Shown piece by piece: positions 1-8,350 of a DNA stretch of 43,443 nucleotides. Each line of letters begins with the position of its first letter. Positions within the stretch are counted from its first letter, which is position 1. Under the pieces are notes generated by a model. It did not search any database, was not told the origin of the DNA, and worked only from the letters and a program-made list of their open reading frames with translations. The translations under genes and the position numbers were made by a program. The stretch spans positions 1 to 43,443 of the forward strand of contig JBPCJK010000062.1 of the NCBI GenBank assembly GCA_051005375.1, in the 5' to 3' direction. The stretch is from Acidimicrobiales bacterium. Lineage in GTDB: Bacteria > Actinomycetota > Acidimicrobiia > Acidimicrobiales > CADCSY01.

Positions 1-86
1 GACGCCTCCGGGGCTGCCAGCCCGCCGACGGCAAGGTAGCCCCAAGGGGTGGCCAGGCGAGCAAGGGCGTCGACCAGCCCGCTCAT
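1..86 (-). CDS. partial CDS (5' end only; continues off the left edge), possibly a DedA/VTT-type membrane protein
   Basis: Minus-strand ATG at 86..84 reads MSGLVDALARLATPWGYLAVGGLAAPEAS. This ATG overlaps the TGA of the upstream DUF1232 gene (ATGA), suggesting translational coupling. The family guess rests on only about 28 residues. Confidence 0.3.
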   Translation of the reverse strand, partial: MSGLVDALARLATPWGYLAVGGLAAPEA

Positions 87-523
87 GGACTCGGTGGGGG
101 CGGTGTGGCGCCGTCGCCGGGCTCTTCCGTCGCCGGCGGCGGCGCGGCAGTGCCGATGAGTCGTTCGAGCAGGCGGGGTTGGCCGGGCCAGGCGGCAAAC
201 AGGATCTCCGGCGGCACCCGACGGGCGGCGTAGCGAAGCGCCAGGGCCACGACCACCACGTCGGCGATGGGGCCGATCACGGGCAGGAACTCGGGGATCA
301 GATCGACGGGCGAGAGGACCCAGAGACCGGCGAAGCCGACGGCGACTTTGGCTCGGCGGGGGACCCGGGGGTCGCGCCACAGCCGGCGCACCAGCGTCAG
401 GCAGGCGGGGAGGAAGCCGGCGAGGTCCTTGACGATCCCGGGCGGTAGCCGTCGGGCGAGGAGGATGAGCAGCGACCAAGTGCCCATGAGCGCCACTAAG
501 GTGATCGACAGGATCCGGACCAC
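83..523 (-). CDS. DUF1232 (YkvA-like) membrane protein
   Basis: 146-aa ORF. LSPVDLIPEFLPVIGPIADVVVVALAL matches the DUF1232 signature (PxDxIPDxxPxxGxxDD). The N-terminus is hydrophobic and the C-tail is Pro-rich. Confidence 0.8.
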   Translation of the reverse strand: MVRILSITLVALMGTWSLLILLARRLPPGIVKDLAGFLPACLTLVRRLWRDPRVPRRAKVAVGFAGLWVLSPVDLIPEFLPVIGPIADVVVVALALRYAARRVPPEILFAAWPGQPRLLERLIGTAAPPPATEEPGDGATPPPPSP

Positions 524-576
524 GGCGCCCTCCTTGTAACGGCTGCTACATCTCTACCGTAACGTAGGATGAGCCG

Positions 577-1107
577 ATGGAGTGGGTCGTCCTCGTACTT
601 CGGTTACCCACAGAGCCGTCCCGGCATCGGGTGGGGGTGTGGCGGGAGCTGCGGCGGGGCGGCGCTGTCCAGCTCGGCCAGGGCACCTGGGCGCTGCCCC
701 TGCGGCCGGTGTTCACCGAGTGCATCGACCGGGTGGTGGCGCTGGTTGGCCGGGGCGACGGTGAGGTCCTCGTGCTCCACGCCAAGGGTGCCCAGACCGG
801 GGGCAGCCGGCGGCTGGAGGGCCTCTACACCGAGGCCCGTGAGGCGGAGTGGACCGAGTTCCTCTCCGAGTGCGACAAGTACCGGGCCGAGATCGAAGGC
901 GAGATCGCCAAGGAGAAGTTCACCTTGGCCGAACTCGACGAGGAGGAACAGAGCCTCGAGCGCCTCCGACGTTGGCATCGCCAGCTCAGCATCCGTGACG
1001 TGTTCGGCGCTCCTTCCTCGGCCGATGCCCACGACCGGCTCGCCGAGTGCGAGCGTGACCTCGACGGCTTCAGCGGGCGGGTCTACCAAGCTCTCCACGG
1101 CGAGTGA
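577..1107 (+). CDS. ChrB N-terminal-domain-like protein
   Basis: 176-aa ORF. The N-terminus LRLPTEPSRHRVGVWRELRRGGAVQLGQGTWALP resembles the ChrB N-terminal domain. No chrA transporter lies next to it. It is divergent from the DUF1232 gene. Confidence 0.55.
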   Translation: MEWVVLVLRLPTEPSRHRVGVWRELRRGGAVQLGQGTWALPLRPVFTECIDRVVALVGRGDGEVLVLHAKGAQTGGSRRLEGLYTEAREAEWTEFLSECDKYRAEIEGEIAKEKFTLAELDEEEQSLERLRRWHRQLSIRDVFGAPSSADAHDRLAECERDLDGFSGRVYQALHGE

Positions 1108-1192
1108 GAACGCCATCCGCTGCGGCTCCGATGGGCGGGTGGAGTCTCTCGTCTCGAGCCGGCGGGTGTTCAGAGGGGTGTCGACAAGTTGA

Positions 1193-1858
1193 TCAGGGCA
1201 TCCAGCCGGGCCGAACCAGCCCGGCCTCGTAGGCGAACACCACCAGCTGGGCCCGGTCGCGGGCGCTGACCTTGATCATGGCCCGGCTCACGTGGGTCTT
1301 GGCCGTCGCCGAGCTCACGAAGAGGCGCTGGGCGATCTCGTCGTTGGTCATCCCCGCTGCCACCAGCGCCACCACCTCCCGCTCCCGGTCGGTCAGGCGG
1401 CCGAGGTCGGGGATGACGGCCGGGTCCTTGGCCCGGGTGGCGAACTCCTCGATCAGCCGTCGGGTGACCCCGGGAGAGAGCAGGGCGTCACCCGCCACCA
1501 CTGCCCGCACCGCCCGCAGCAACTCGGCCGGCTCAGTGTCTTTGACGAGGAAGCCGTTGGCCCCGATCCGGATGGCCTCGAAGACGTACTCGTCAAGGTC
1601 GAAGGTGGTGAAGATGATGACCTTCACGCCGGCGAGCCGCTCGTCGCCGGCGATGCGCCGGGTGGCGGCCAGGCCGTCGACACCGGGCATGCGGATGTCC
1701 ATCAGCACCACGTCAGGGCGAAGCTCGATCGCCAGGCGCACGGCGGCCTCGCCATCGGACGCCTCCCCGGCTACCACAATGTCCTCCTGGGCGTCGAGCA
1801 GTGCTCGGAAGCCTCCTCGCACGAGGGCCTGATCGTCGGCGATGACCACCGAGATCAC
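1193..1858 (-). CDS. NarL/LuxR-family response regulator
   Basis: REC domain (VVIADDQ, DVVLMDIRMPGVDG, GFLVKD) plus LuxR HTH (LTDREREVVALVAAGMTNDEIAQRLFVSSATAKTHV). The GTG start overlaps the kinase stop (GTGA). Confidence 0.9.
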   Translation of the reverse strand: MISVVIADDQALVRGGFRALLDAQEDIVVAGEASDGEAAVRLAIELRPDVVLMDIRMPGVDGLAATRRIAGDERLAGVKVIIFTTFDLDEYVFEAIRIGANGFLVKDTEPAELLRAVRAVVAGDALLSPGVTRRLIEEFATRAKDPAVIPDLGRLTDREREVVALVAAGMTNDEIAQRLFVSSATAKTHVSRAMIKVSARDRAQLVVFAYEAGLVRPGWMP

Positions 1859-2972
1859 GCTGGGCCCTCCGGAAGCCGGGCCAGGACCCGGAAGCCCCCG
1901 CCGGGTCGGGGTCCTGCCTCCACCGTGCCGCCCAGCGCCCGTGCCCGCTCACGCATCCCGCTGATGCCGTTCCCGGGGTTGGCCCGGCCGCCGACACCGT
2001 CGTCGGTCACCTCGATGGTCACGCCTTCGCCGCCATAACCGAGGTGCACGGTGACCTCGTGGGCTCGAGCGTGTCGGGTGACGTTGGTGAGCGCCTCCTG
2101 GATGATCCGGTAGGCGGCCAGCTCCACGCTGGCGGGCAGCGTCGGCGCCGGTCCATCGTGATCGAGGCGCACATCCAGGCCTCCACTGCGGACTTCGGCG
2201 ACGAGCGCATCCAGGTCGGCCAAGCTCGGCGCCGGAGCCTTCGGCGCCTCCTCGCCGTGGCGCAGGAGGTCGAGGGCGCCCCGCAGCTCTCGCAGCGTCT
2301 TCCCACTCGCCTCCTTGATGTTGGCCAGCGCCGGGCGGGCCTGATCGGGCTGCTGGTCGATGAGGTGGAGGGCGACGCTCGCCTGCACGTTGATGAGGGA
2401 GATGTTGTGGGCCAACACGTCGTGTAGCTCCCGGGCCAGATTCAGGCGCTGCTCGCCGAGGCGACGTCGCTCTTCGTCCTCCTTTGCCCGCTCCACTTCG
2501 GCAGCCTGTTGGCGGCGGATCCTGACTACCTCCGAGATCGCCAACACCAGGGCGAGCCATCCGGCGACGAGTGCCAGTGGACGACTCCAGGATCATGGGC
2601 GGCCCTGGGGTCGACGACGGAGGCGAGGACGTAGCCGACGAAGCCACCCGCCGCCAGCAACCAGGTGGTGCGGCGGTGACCAGCCTGGACGGCGGCGAAG
2701 AAGGCAACCACGACGCTGACGAAGATGGGACCGTACGGGTAGCCCAGTCCGATGTAGACGTCGGCGGCACCTGCCGCCACCGCCACGGCCACGAGCGGCC
2801 ACCGATCACGGCGGCTGAGGGCGGCGGGACCGAGGAGCACGAGCACCAGGGCGACGCCGTCGATCGCCCTGCGTTCCGGTTGGTCGTCAGCCGCCCCGAA
2901 GGAGCCGACGACCTGGAAGAACCCGATGCCGAGTGCGCTGGCCCAGACGGCGGTTCTCGGCCACGGTCGCAT
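1855..2972 (-). pseudogene. HisKA_3-type sensor histidine kinase with the reading frame broken between the membrane and catalytic parts
   Basis: ORF 2526..2972 encodes the multi-TM N-terminus. ORF 1855..2547 encodes the H-box (LARELHDVLAHNISLI) and the HATPase part (EALTNVTRHA, DDGVG, GNGISGMRERA). The two are in different frames; the switch maps to about 2577..2583. Confidence 0.7.
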
Positions 2973-3116
2973 ACCGGCACGGTAGGCCGGGTCGCCACCG
3001 CTGTCGTCGGCGCAGGGTAGTAGCCGGGCCTGCGCCCGACGGCGTAACGCCGGGTGTGTGCTCCGGACCGCAACCGCGAGGCGGAGTCACCACACCGTCG
3101 GTCCGGAATGTGAGAG

Positions 3117-3187
3117 AGCGGGTGACGGGTGTCGAACCCGCGTCACCAGCTTGGAAGGCTGGAGCTCTACCGTTGAGCTACACCCGC
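3117..3187 (-). tRNA. tRNA-Gly (anticodon UCC)
   Basis: Minus strand reads GCGGGTG TA GCTC AACGGTA GAGC T CCAGC CTTCCAA GCTGG TGAC GCGGG TTCGACA CCCGT CACCCGC T. This gives a cloverleaf with a GGTTCGA-type T-loop. CCA is not encoded. Confidence 0.9.
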
Positions 3188-3281
3188 GTCGCCGTCAGGC
3201 TAGTACCCGCTCAACACGACTGGTTGGTCGTTCCCGCGGTAGTGGCGTCATGGGTTGGTCAGTGAGTCGGTCGGTCACCGG

Positions 3282-3319
3282 GTGCGTGCGGGCGTGCGTG
3301 CGGTGGTGCGTGCGTGCGT
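3282..3319. repeat. alternating purine-pyrimidine (GTGC/GCGT)n simple-sequence tract
   Basis: Three blocks: gtgcgtgcg (3282..3290), gcgtgcgtgcg (3292..3302), gtgcgtgcgtgcgt (3306..3319). The tract abuts the 3' end of tRNA-Pro and lies in the tRNA-Pro/tRNA-Gly spacer. Confidence 0.85.
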
Positions 3320-3390
3320 CGGGGAGACGGGATTTGAACCCGCGACCTCCTGCTCCCAAAGCAGGTGCGCTACCGCTGCGCTACTCCCCG
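3319..3390 (-). tRNA. tRNA-Pro (anticodon UGG)
   Basis: Minus strand reads CGGGGAG TA GCGC AGCGGTA GCGC A CCTGC TTTGGGA GCAGG AGGTC GCGGG TTCAAAT CCCGT CTCCCCG A. CCA is not encoded. Confidence 0.9.
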
Positions 3391-3434
3391 TGCGACCCAC
3401 GGTAGCCGCCGACCGGTTCGAGCCTTCTGCTTCA

Positions 3435-3674
3435 TTGATCACTCGGGTAGGGAAGCACGGTCTCTCAGAAGGGTCAGGTGACCTCCCCAAGGCGCTCCGA
3501 GATCGCCTGGGGATCAGGGCCGGTGAGGTACTAGAAATCCACGAGGAGCGTGGCCGACTGGTGGCCGTGAAGGCAACCGCCGACGACCTCGATCGGCAGT
3601 ACGGGATCCTTCGCCTCGACGGGGGCAGCGATCGGGCCGTCGAGGAGCTGCGAGGACCGGCGGGCTTGGAATGA
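3435..3674 (+). CDS. AbrB/SpoVT-fold antitoxin (VapB-like)
   Basis: The C-terminal part of ORF 3255..3674 reads GDLPKALRDRLGIRAGEVLEIHEERGRLVAVK, a looped-hinge-helix pattern. The only plausible start outside the tRNA gene is TTG at 3435. The stop overlaps the ATG of the PIN remnant (ATGA at 3671). Confidence 0.55.
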   Translation: MITRVGKHGLSEGSGDLPKALRDRLGIRAGEVLEIHEERGRLVAVKATADDLDRQYGILRLDGGSDRAVEELRGPAGLE

Positions 3675-3993
3675 TCACCGCGGTCGACATCAACGTGCTG
3701 CTCGACGTCTTCGGGGCTGATCCTGCTCACGGTCCTGCGTCTCGCTCCGCGTTGCGAGACCCTGCATCGCCAACGGGGGCATTGTCGCCTGCTAGGTGGT
3801 GTGGGCCGAGGTGACCGGATTCTTTGCGTCTGGACAGGCTGCCGAGGATGCCATGGCCGGTGTCCAGGTCACCTTCAGCGCCATGAGCCGCCAGGCCGCG
3901 TTGGAAGCCGCGCAAGCCTGCAGAGGGTCCCGGGACCGCGGCTTCCACCGCACCTGCTATCGCAAGCTGCCGGTGCTCGACCCCATCGCCTGA
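3671..3993 (+). pseudogene. PIN-domain (VapC-like) toxin remnant
   Basis: The ATG-3671 frame gives MITAVDINVLLDVFGADPAHGPASRSALRD, a PIN N-terminus with the first acidic residue. The family-like sequence continues in another frame as CIANGGIVAC-TAG-VVWAEVTGFF. TAG at 3793..3795 sits where the conserved Glu is expected. The C-terminus lacks the usual acidic motifs. Confidence 0.6.
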
Positions 3994-4056
3994 GGTTCTC
4001 CCGGCTCCAGGGGCACACCGCACGGGTACTCCTGGCGTCCCGTTACACTGCCCCTC

Positions 4057-5451
4057 TTGGTGCGAACCACTGTCGAGCCCGCAGAGGGCAACCGGGTCAA
4101 GCTCGTGGTCGAGGTCGACGAGCAGGAGTTCGACAAGGCCATCGATGCCGCCTTCCGCCGGATCGCTCGGGAGGCACGCATCCCCGGCTTTCGCCCCGGC
4201 AAGGCGCCTCGGCGGATCCTCGAGGCCCGTGTCGGTGCCGACGTGGCTCGTCAGGAGGCCCTGCGGGAGTCGCTTCCCGAGTACTACGAACGAGCGATCA
4301 GCGAAGCCGACGTGGACGCCATCGCACCGCCGGAGATCGATGTCACCGCCGGCAGAGACGAGGGTCCGGTGACCTTCGACGCTCTGGTCGAGGTCCGGCC
4401 CAAGGTGCGGGTCCCCGGCTACGACCACCTGCGGGTCACCGTACCTGACCCCAAGGTCAGCGACGCCGAGGTGGACGCCCAGCTCGAACGGCTGCGGGCC
4501 CAGTTCGGCGAGCTGGTGGTCGTGCACCGGCCGGCCACCGACGGTGACCACGTCACCATCGACATCGCCGGCTCGCTGGGCGGTGAGCCGGTCGAGGGGC
4601 TCACGGCTGACGACTACCTCTATGAGGTCGGCAGCGAGGCCATCGTCGCCGAGGTCGACCAGGAGCTGCGGGGAGCCAAGGTGGGCGACATCCTGGCCTT
4701 CGACGTCGAGCACCCCGACCCTGAGGAGCACCGGAGGATCCACCTGCGTGTCCTGGTCAAGGAAGTCAAGGAGAAGGTCCTCCCCGACGTCGACGACGAG
4801 TGGGCCAACGAGGCGTCGGAGTTCGACACCGTGGTCGAGCTCCGTGACCATCTGCGAGGGCGCCTGGCCGAGATCAAGCCGGCCCAGAGCAGGGCGGCGC
4901 TCGAGGACGGGACCTTGGCCGCCGTGGTCGGCCTGGTCGACGACGAGCCGCCGGCCACGCTGGTCGAGGCCGAAGTCGAGCGTCAGGCCCAGCAGCTTGT
5001 GTTCCAGCTCCGGTCACAGGGGCTGTCGGTGACCGACTACCTGGAGTCCTCCGGCCGCAGCTCCGAGGAGCTGAGTACGCAGTTGCGCACCAGGGCCGTC
5101 GATGCCGTCAAGGCCGACCTGGCGCTGAGAGCCGTGGCCGAGGCCGAGGCTATCGAGGCGACCGGCGACGAGCTGGACGCCCAGATCCACCGGGTGGCCC
5201 ACCAGGTGGGTGAGGACCCGGCTGACGTGCGCCGCCGGCTCGAGCGCGCCGATCAGCTTCAGGCAGTACGATCCGATGTCGAGAGGACCAAGGCCCTCGC
5301 CTGGCTGGTCGAGCACGCCGAGATCGTGGACGAGGAAGGCCGGCCGGTCGACCGGAGCGACCTTGAGCCTGCCGTCACCGAGCACGATCAGGCCGACGAC
5401 GACCAGGCCCATGATCACGACGCAGCGATGGCTGAGGAGCAGACCGCATGA
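4057..5451 (+). CDS. tig: trigger factor
   Basis: 464 aa. The N-terminal ribosome-binding motif [13 protein letters not shown] is present. The PPIase and C-terminal domains have typical length. The position upstream of clpP-clpX is conserved. Confidence 0.95.
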   Translation: MVRTTVEPAEGNRVKLVVEVDEQEFDKAIDAAFRRIAREARIPGFRPGKAPRRILEARVGADVARQEALRESLPEYYERAISEADVDAIAPPEIDVTAGRDEGPVTFDALVEVRPKVRVPGYDHLRVTVPDPKVSDAEVDAQLERLRAQFGELVVVHRPATDGDHVTIDIAGSLGGEPVEGLTADDYLYEVGSEAIVAEVDQELRGAKVGDILAFDVEHPDPEEHRRIHLRVLVKEVKEKVLPDVDDEWANEASEFDTVVELRDHLRGRLAEIKPAQSRAALEDGTLAAVVGLVDDEPPATLVEAEVERQAQQLVFQLRSQGLSVTDYLESSGRSSEELSTQLRTRAVDAVKADLALRAVAEAEAIEATGDELDAQIHRVAHQVGEDPADVRRRLERADQLQAVRSDVERTKALAWLVEHAEIVDEEGRPVDRSDLEPAVTEHDQADDDQAHDHDAAMAEEQTA

Positions 5452-6125
5452 CCGATCCGATCCGCACACTGCAGCTCCTTGCCGGCGGCGACGACCGCCT
5501 GCGGGCCTTCAGCTACCTGGTGCCCACCGTGGTGGAGCAGACCAACCGGGGGGAGCGGGCCTTCGACCTGTACTCCCGGCTGCTCAAGGAGAACATCATC
5601 TTCCTGGCCACCCCCATCGATGACACCATCGCCAACCTGGTCGTGGCCCAGATGCTGCACCTGGAGTCCGAGAACGCCGAGCGCGACATCAGCCTGTACA
5701 TCAACTCTCCTGGCGGCGACATCACCGCGTTGTTCGCCATCTACGACACCATGCAGTACATCAAGCCCGACATCACCACCCTGTGCTTCGGGCAGGCGGC
5801 GTCGGCGGCGGCGGTGCTGCTGGCGGCGGGGGCCAAAGGCAAGCGCATGGCCCTGCCCCGAGCCCGGATCATCATCCACCAGCCCTACGGACAGGCCATG
5901 GGCCAGGCCGCCGACATCGAGTTGGCGGCCAAGGAGATCGAACGGATGCGCACGATGCTCGAGGAGATGCTGGCCAGCCATACCGGCCAGCCCACCGAGA
6001 AGGTGCACCGGGACACTGATCGCGACTTCGTGATGTCGGCGGCCGAGGCCAAGGACTACGGCATCATCGACGAGGTCTTGAGCACACGGGAGTCGGCTCC
6101 GGTCGACGCCGCGGCCACCGCGTAG
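5448..6125 (+). CDS. clpP: ATP-dependent Clp protease proteolytic subunit
   Basis: 225 aa. Catalytic Ser context [11 protein letters not shown] and His context IIIHQP are present. The start overlaps the tig stop (ATGA). Confidence 0.95.
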   Translation: MTDPIRTLQLLAGGDDRLRAFSYLVPTVVEQTNRGERAFDLYSRLLKENIIFLATPIDDTIANLVVAQMLHLESENAERDISLYINSPGGDITALFAIYDTMQYIKPDITTLCFGQAASAAAVLLAAGAKGKRMALPRARIIIHQPYGQAMGQAADIELAAKEIERMRTMLEEMLASHTGQPTEKVHRDTDRDFVMSAAEAKDYGIIDEVLSTRESAPVDAAATA

Positions 6126-6158
6126 GCAACCGAGCGAGAATCAGGAACCGGGGGGCAG

Positions 6159-7436
6159 ATGGCGAGGATCGGCGATGGCGGCGGGGACCTGTTGAAGTGC
6201 TCCTTCTGCGGTAAATCGCAGAAGCAGGTGAAGAAGCTCATCGCCGGTCCCGGCGTGTACATCTGCGACGAGTGCATCGACCTGTGCAACGAGATCATCG
6301 AAGAGGAGCTGTCGGAGACCGCTGAGCTGCGCTTCGACGAGTTGCCCAAGCCGCGCGACATCCACGACTTCCTCGACGACTACATCGTCGGCCAGGACCA
6401 CGCCAAGAAGATCCTCTCGGTGGCGGTCTACAACCACTACAAGCGTGTCCAGGTGGGTACGGCCAGCGGTGCCGACGTCGAGTTGGCGAAGTCCAACATC
6501 CTGCTGCTGGGGCCCACGGGGTGCGGCAAGACGCTGCTGGCTCAGACCCTGGCCCGCATGCTCAACGTCCCCTTCGCAATCGCCGACGCCACCGCCTTGA
6601 CCGAGGCCGGCTATGTGGGCGAAGACGTGGAGAACATCCTCCTCAAGCTCATCCAGTCGGCCGACTACGACGTCAAGAAGGCCGAGACCGGCATCATCTA
6701 CATCGACGAGATCGACAAGGTGGCCCGCAAGTCGGAGAACCCGTCGATCACCCGCGACGTCTCCGGCGAGGGCGTGCAGCAGGCGTTGTTGAAGATCCTG
6801 GAGGGCACCACCGCCTCGGTTCCGCCCCAAGGGGGGCGCAAGCACCCCCACCAGGAGTTCATCCAGATCGATACCACCAACATCCTGTTCATCTGCGGCG
6901 GCGCCTTCGCCGGATTGGAGAGGATCATCGAGTCCCGCATCGGCCGCAAGGGGGTCGGCTTCGGGGCCGACATCCGCCGGGCGGCTGACAAGGACGTGGG
7001 TGAGATCCTGGCCAAGGTGTTGCCCGAGGACCTGCTGCGCTTCGGGTTGATCCCTGAGTTCATTGGGCGTCTCCCGGTGATCAGCGCAGTGTCGAGCCTC
7101 GACGCCGACGCCTTGGTCAGCATCCTGGTCGAGCCCAAGAACGCCCTGGTCAAGCAGTACCAGCGCATGTTCGAGTTCGAGGACGTCGAGCTCGAGTTCT
7201 CGGGCGAGGCGCTGGAGGCCGTCGCCGAACAGGCGCTCCTGCGGGGGACGGGGGCACGGGGGCTGCGGGCCATCCTCGAAGAGGTCCTGCTCCACGTCAT
7301 GTACGACCTGCCCAGCGTGAGCGACGTGGGCCGCTGCGTCATCGATCGCCAGGTGGTGCAGGACAAGGTCAACCCGACCCTGGTGCCCCGGGCGGAAACG
7401 CCGCGGACGCAGCGGCCGCGACGCGCCGCCAGCTGA
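6159..7436 (+). CDS. clpX: ATP-dependent Clp protease ATP-binding subunit ClpX
   Basis: Zinc ribbon CSFCGK...CDECI, Walker A GPTGCGKT, Walker [10 protein letters not shown], and an IGF-like loop region are present. Confidence 0.97.
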   Translation: MARIGDGGGDLLKCSFCGKSQKQVKKLIAGPGVYICDECIDLCNEIIEEELSETAELRFDELPKPRDIHDFLDDYIVGQDHAKKILSVAVYNHYKRVQVGTASGADVELAKSNILLLGPTGCGKTLLAQTLARMLNVPFAIADATALTEAGYVGEDVENILLKLIQSADYDVKKAETGIIYIDEIDKVARKSENPSITRDVSGEGVQQALLKILEGTTASVPPQGGRKHPHQEFIQIDTTNILFICGGAFAGLERIIESRIGRKGVGFGADIRRAADKDVGEILAKVLPEDLLRFGLIPEFIGRLPVISAVSSLDADALVSILVEPKNALVKQYQRMFEFEDVELEFSGEALEAVAEQALLRGTGARGLRAILEEVLLHVMYDLPSVSDVGRCVIDRQVVQDKVNPTLVPRAETPRTQRPRRAAS

Positions 7437-7508
7437 CCCGGGCCACGGCGGATTATCGCCGTAAATGACACAGAGCCATCGCCCACCACCCAACCAGAGG
7501 AGACCGCC

Positions 7509-8318
7509 ATGCACAAGGCTTATAAGGGCGCGCTGGTCGGTGCCGCCGTCGGTGCCGCGCTGGCCGGGGCGCAGTCGCGTCGCGCCGGCGCGGGGAGCGA
7601 CAAGGCGGGGATGCAGGTGCTCAAGGGTGCTGCCGGGGGAGCGGCGCTGGGCGGGACGTGCGGTTGGGTCTGGGAGCGGCGGGAGCGGCGGGAGCGGGCT
7701 CGAGCGGCGCGTGCGGTCTCGGCCGGGCTCCGACGCCCCCTCGCCGGTGTGAGCGCGCTGGCCGACAACGCCCGGCCCGCCCTCCAGCGGGCCGCCGACG
7801 TGGCTGCTCGCCGGGCCGCCGACGCCGCCGACGCCGCCCGGCCCCACCTGGTGGCGGTGGCAGGGTCGGCTCGCGAGGGCGCGGTGTGGACGGCGGAGTC
7901 GGCCCGTGAGGGAGTGCAGCGGGCCGCCGACGTGGCTGCTCGCCGGGCCGCCGACGCCGCGGACGCCGCCCGGCCTCATCTCACTGCCGCAGCGGAGTCG
8001 GCTCGGGAGCGGGCCACCGAAGCCGCCGACGCTGCCTGGCCCCACCTCAGCACTGCTGTCGAATCGGCCCGTGAGGGCGCGCAGCGCGCCGCTGACTCGG
8101 CCCGGCCTCACCTGGCGGCCGTGGCGGGAACTGCCCGGGAACAGGCGACCAGGGCGGCCGACGCCGCTTGCCCCCACGTCGTCGCAGCTGCGGGGACCGC
8201 CCGGGAGCAGGCCCGCCGAGCGGCGGGAGCGGCCCTTCCCCGGGTCGAGGCCATGACCGAGCCGGTGCGGCGGGCGGTACGGGAAGGCCACGAGGTCCCG
8301 GTCCTCGTGAGCCTGTAG
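7509..8318 (+). CDS. hypothetical repeat protein: glycine-zipper N-terminus plus Pro-punctuated 22-residue Ala/Arg-rich repeats
   Basis: A GAGGAG RBS lies upstream of ATG 7509. The N-terminus reads GALVGAAVGAALAGA and GAAGGAALGG. About seven units of type xAAAxSAREGAxRAADAARPHL follow. No family was recognised. Confidence 0.7.
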   Translation: MHKAYKGALVGAAVGAALAGAQSRRAGAGSDKAGMQVLKGAAGGAALGGTCGWVWERRERRERARAARAVSAGLRRPLAGVSALADNARPALQRAADVAARRAADAADAARPHLVAVAGSAREGAVWTAESAREGVQRAADVAARRAADAADAARPHLTAAAESARERATEAADAAWPHLSTAVESAREGAQRAADSARPHLAAVAGTAREQATRAADAACPHVVAAAGTAREQARRAAGAALPRVEAMTEPVRRAVREGHEVPVLVSL

Positions 8319-8350
8319 CCGCGCCACAACTCCCGTCCCGGCGTCGGCCT

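Noticed and set aside
2577-2583. Programmed ribosomal frameshifting as an explanation for the split kinases and the ABC ATPase.
   Set aside because: There is no slippery heptamer or downstream structure at any junction. These gene families are not known to use recoding. Two other lesions in the window are plain stop codons.
7445-7462. A hairpin ACGGCG-gattat-CGCCGT after clpX as a terminator.
   Set aside because: It has only a 6-bp stem, no T-tract, and a strong RBS and start of the next gene 45 bp downstream. This is too weak to annotate.
7785-7982. Direct DNA repeats as a possible CRISPR array or mobile-element terminal repeats.
   Set aside because: The repeats are in-frame units of a repeat protein (132-bp period, no unique spacers of regular length). 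No cas, transposase or integrase genes are present in the window.
8168-8350. An upstream extension of the folC ORF (504-aa version starting at 8168).
   Set aside because: The extension overlaps the 3' end of the repeat-protein gene in another frame and is Pro/Arg/Gly-rich junk. The conserved FolC N-terminus begins near SYLDAMAYL.
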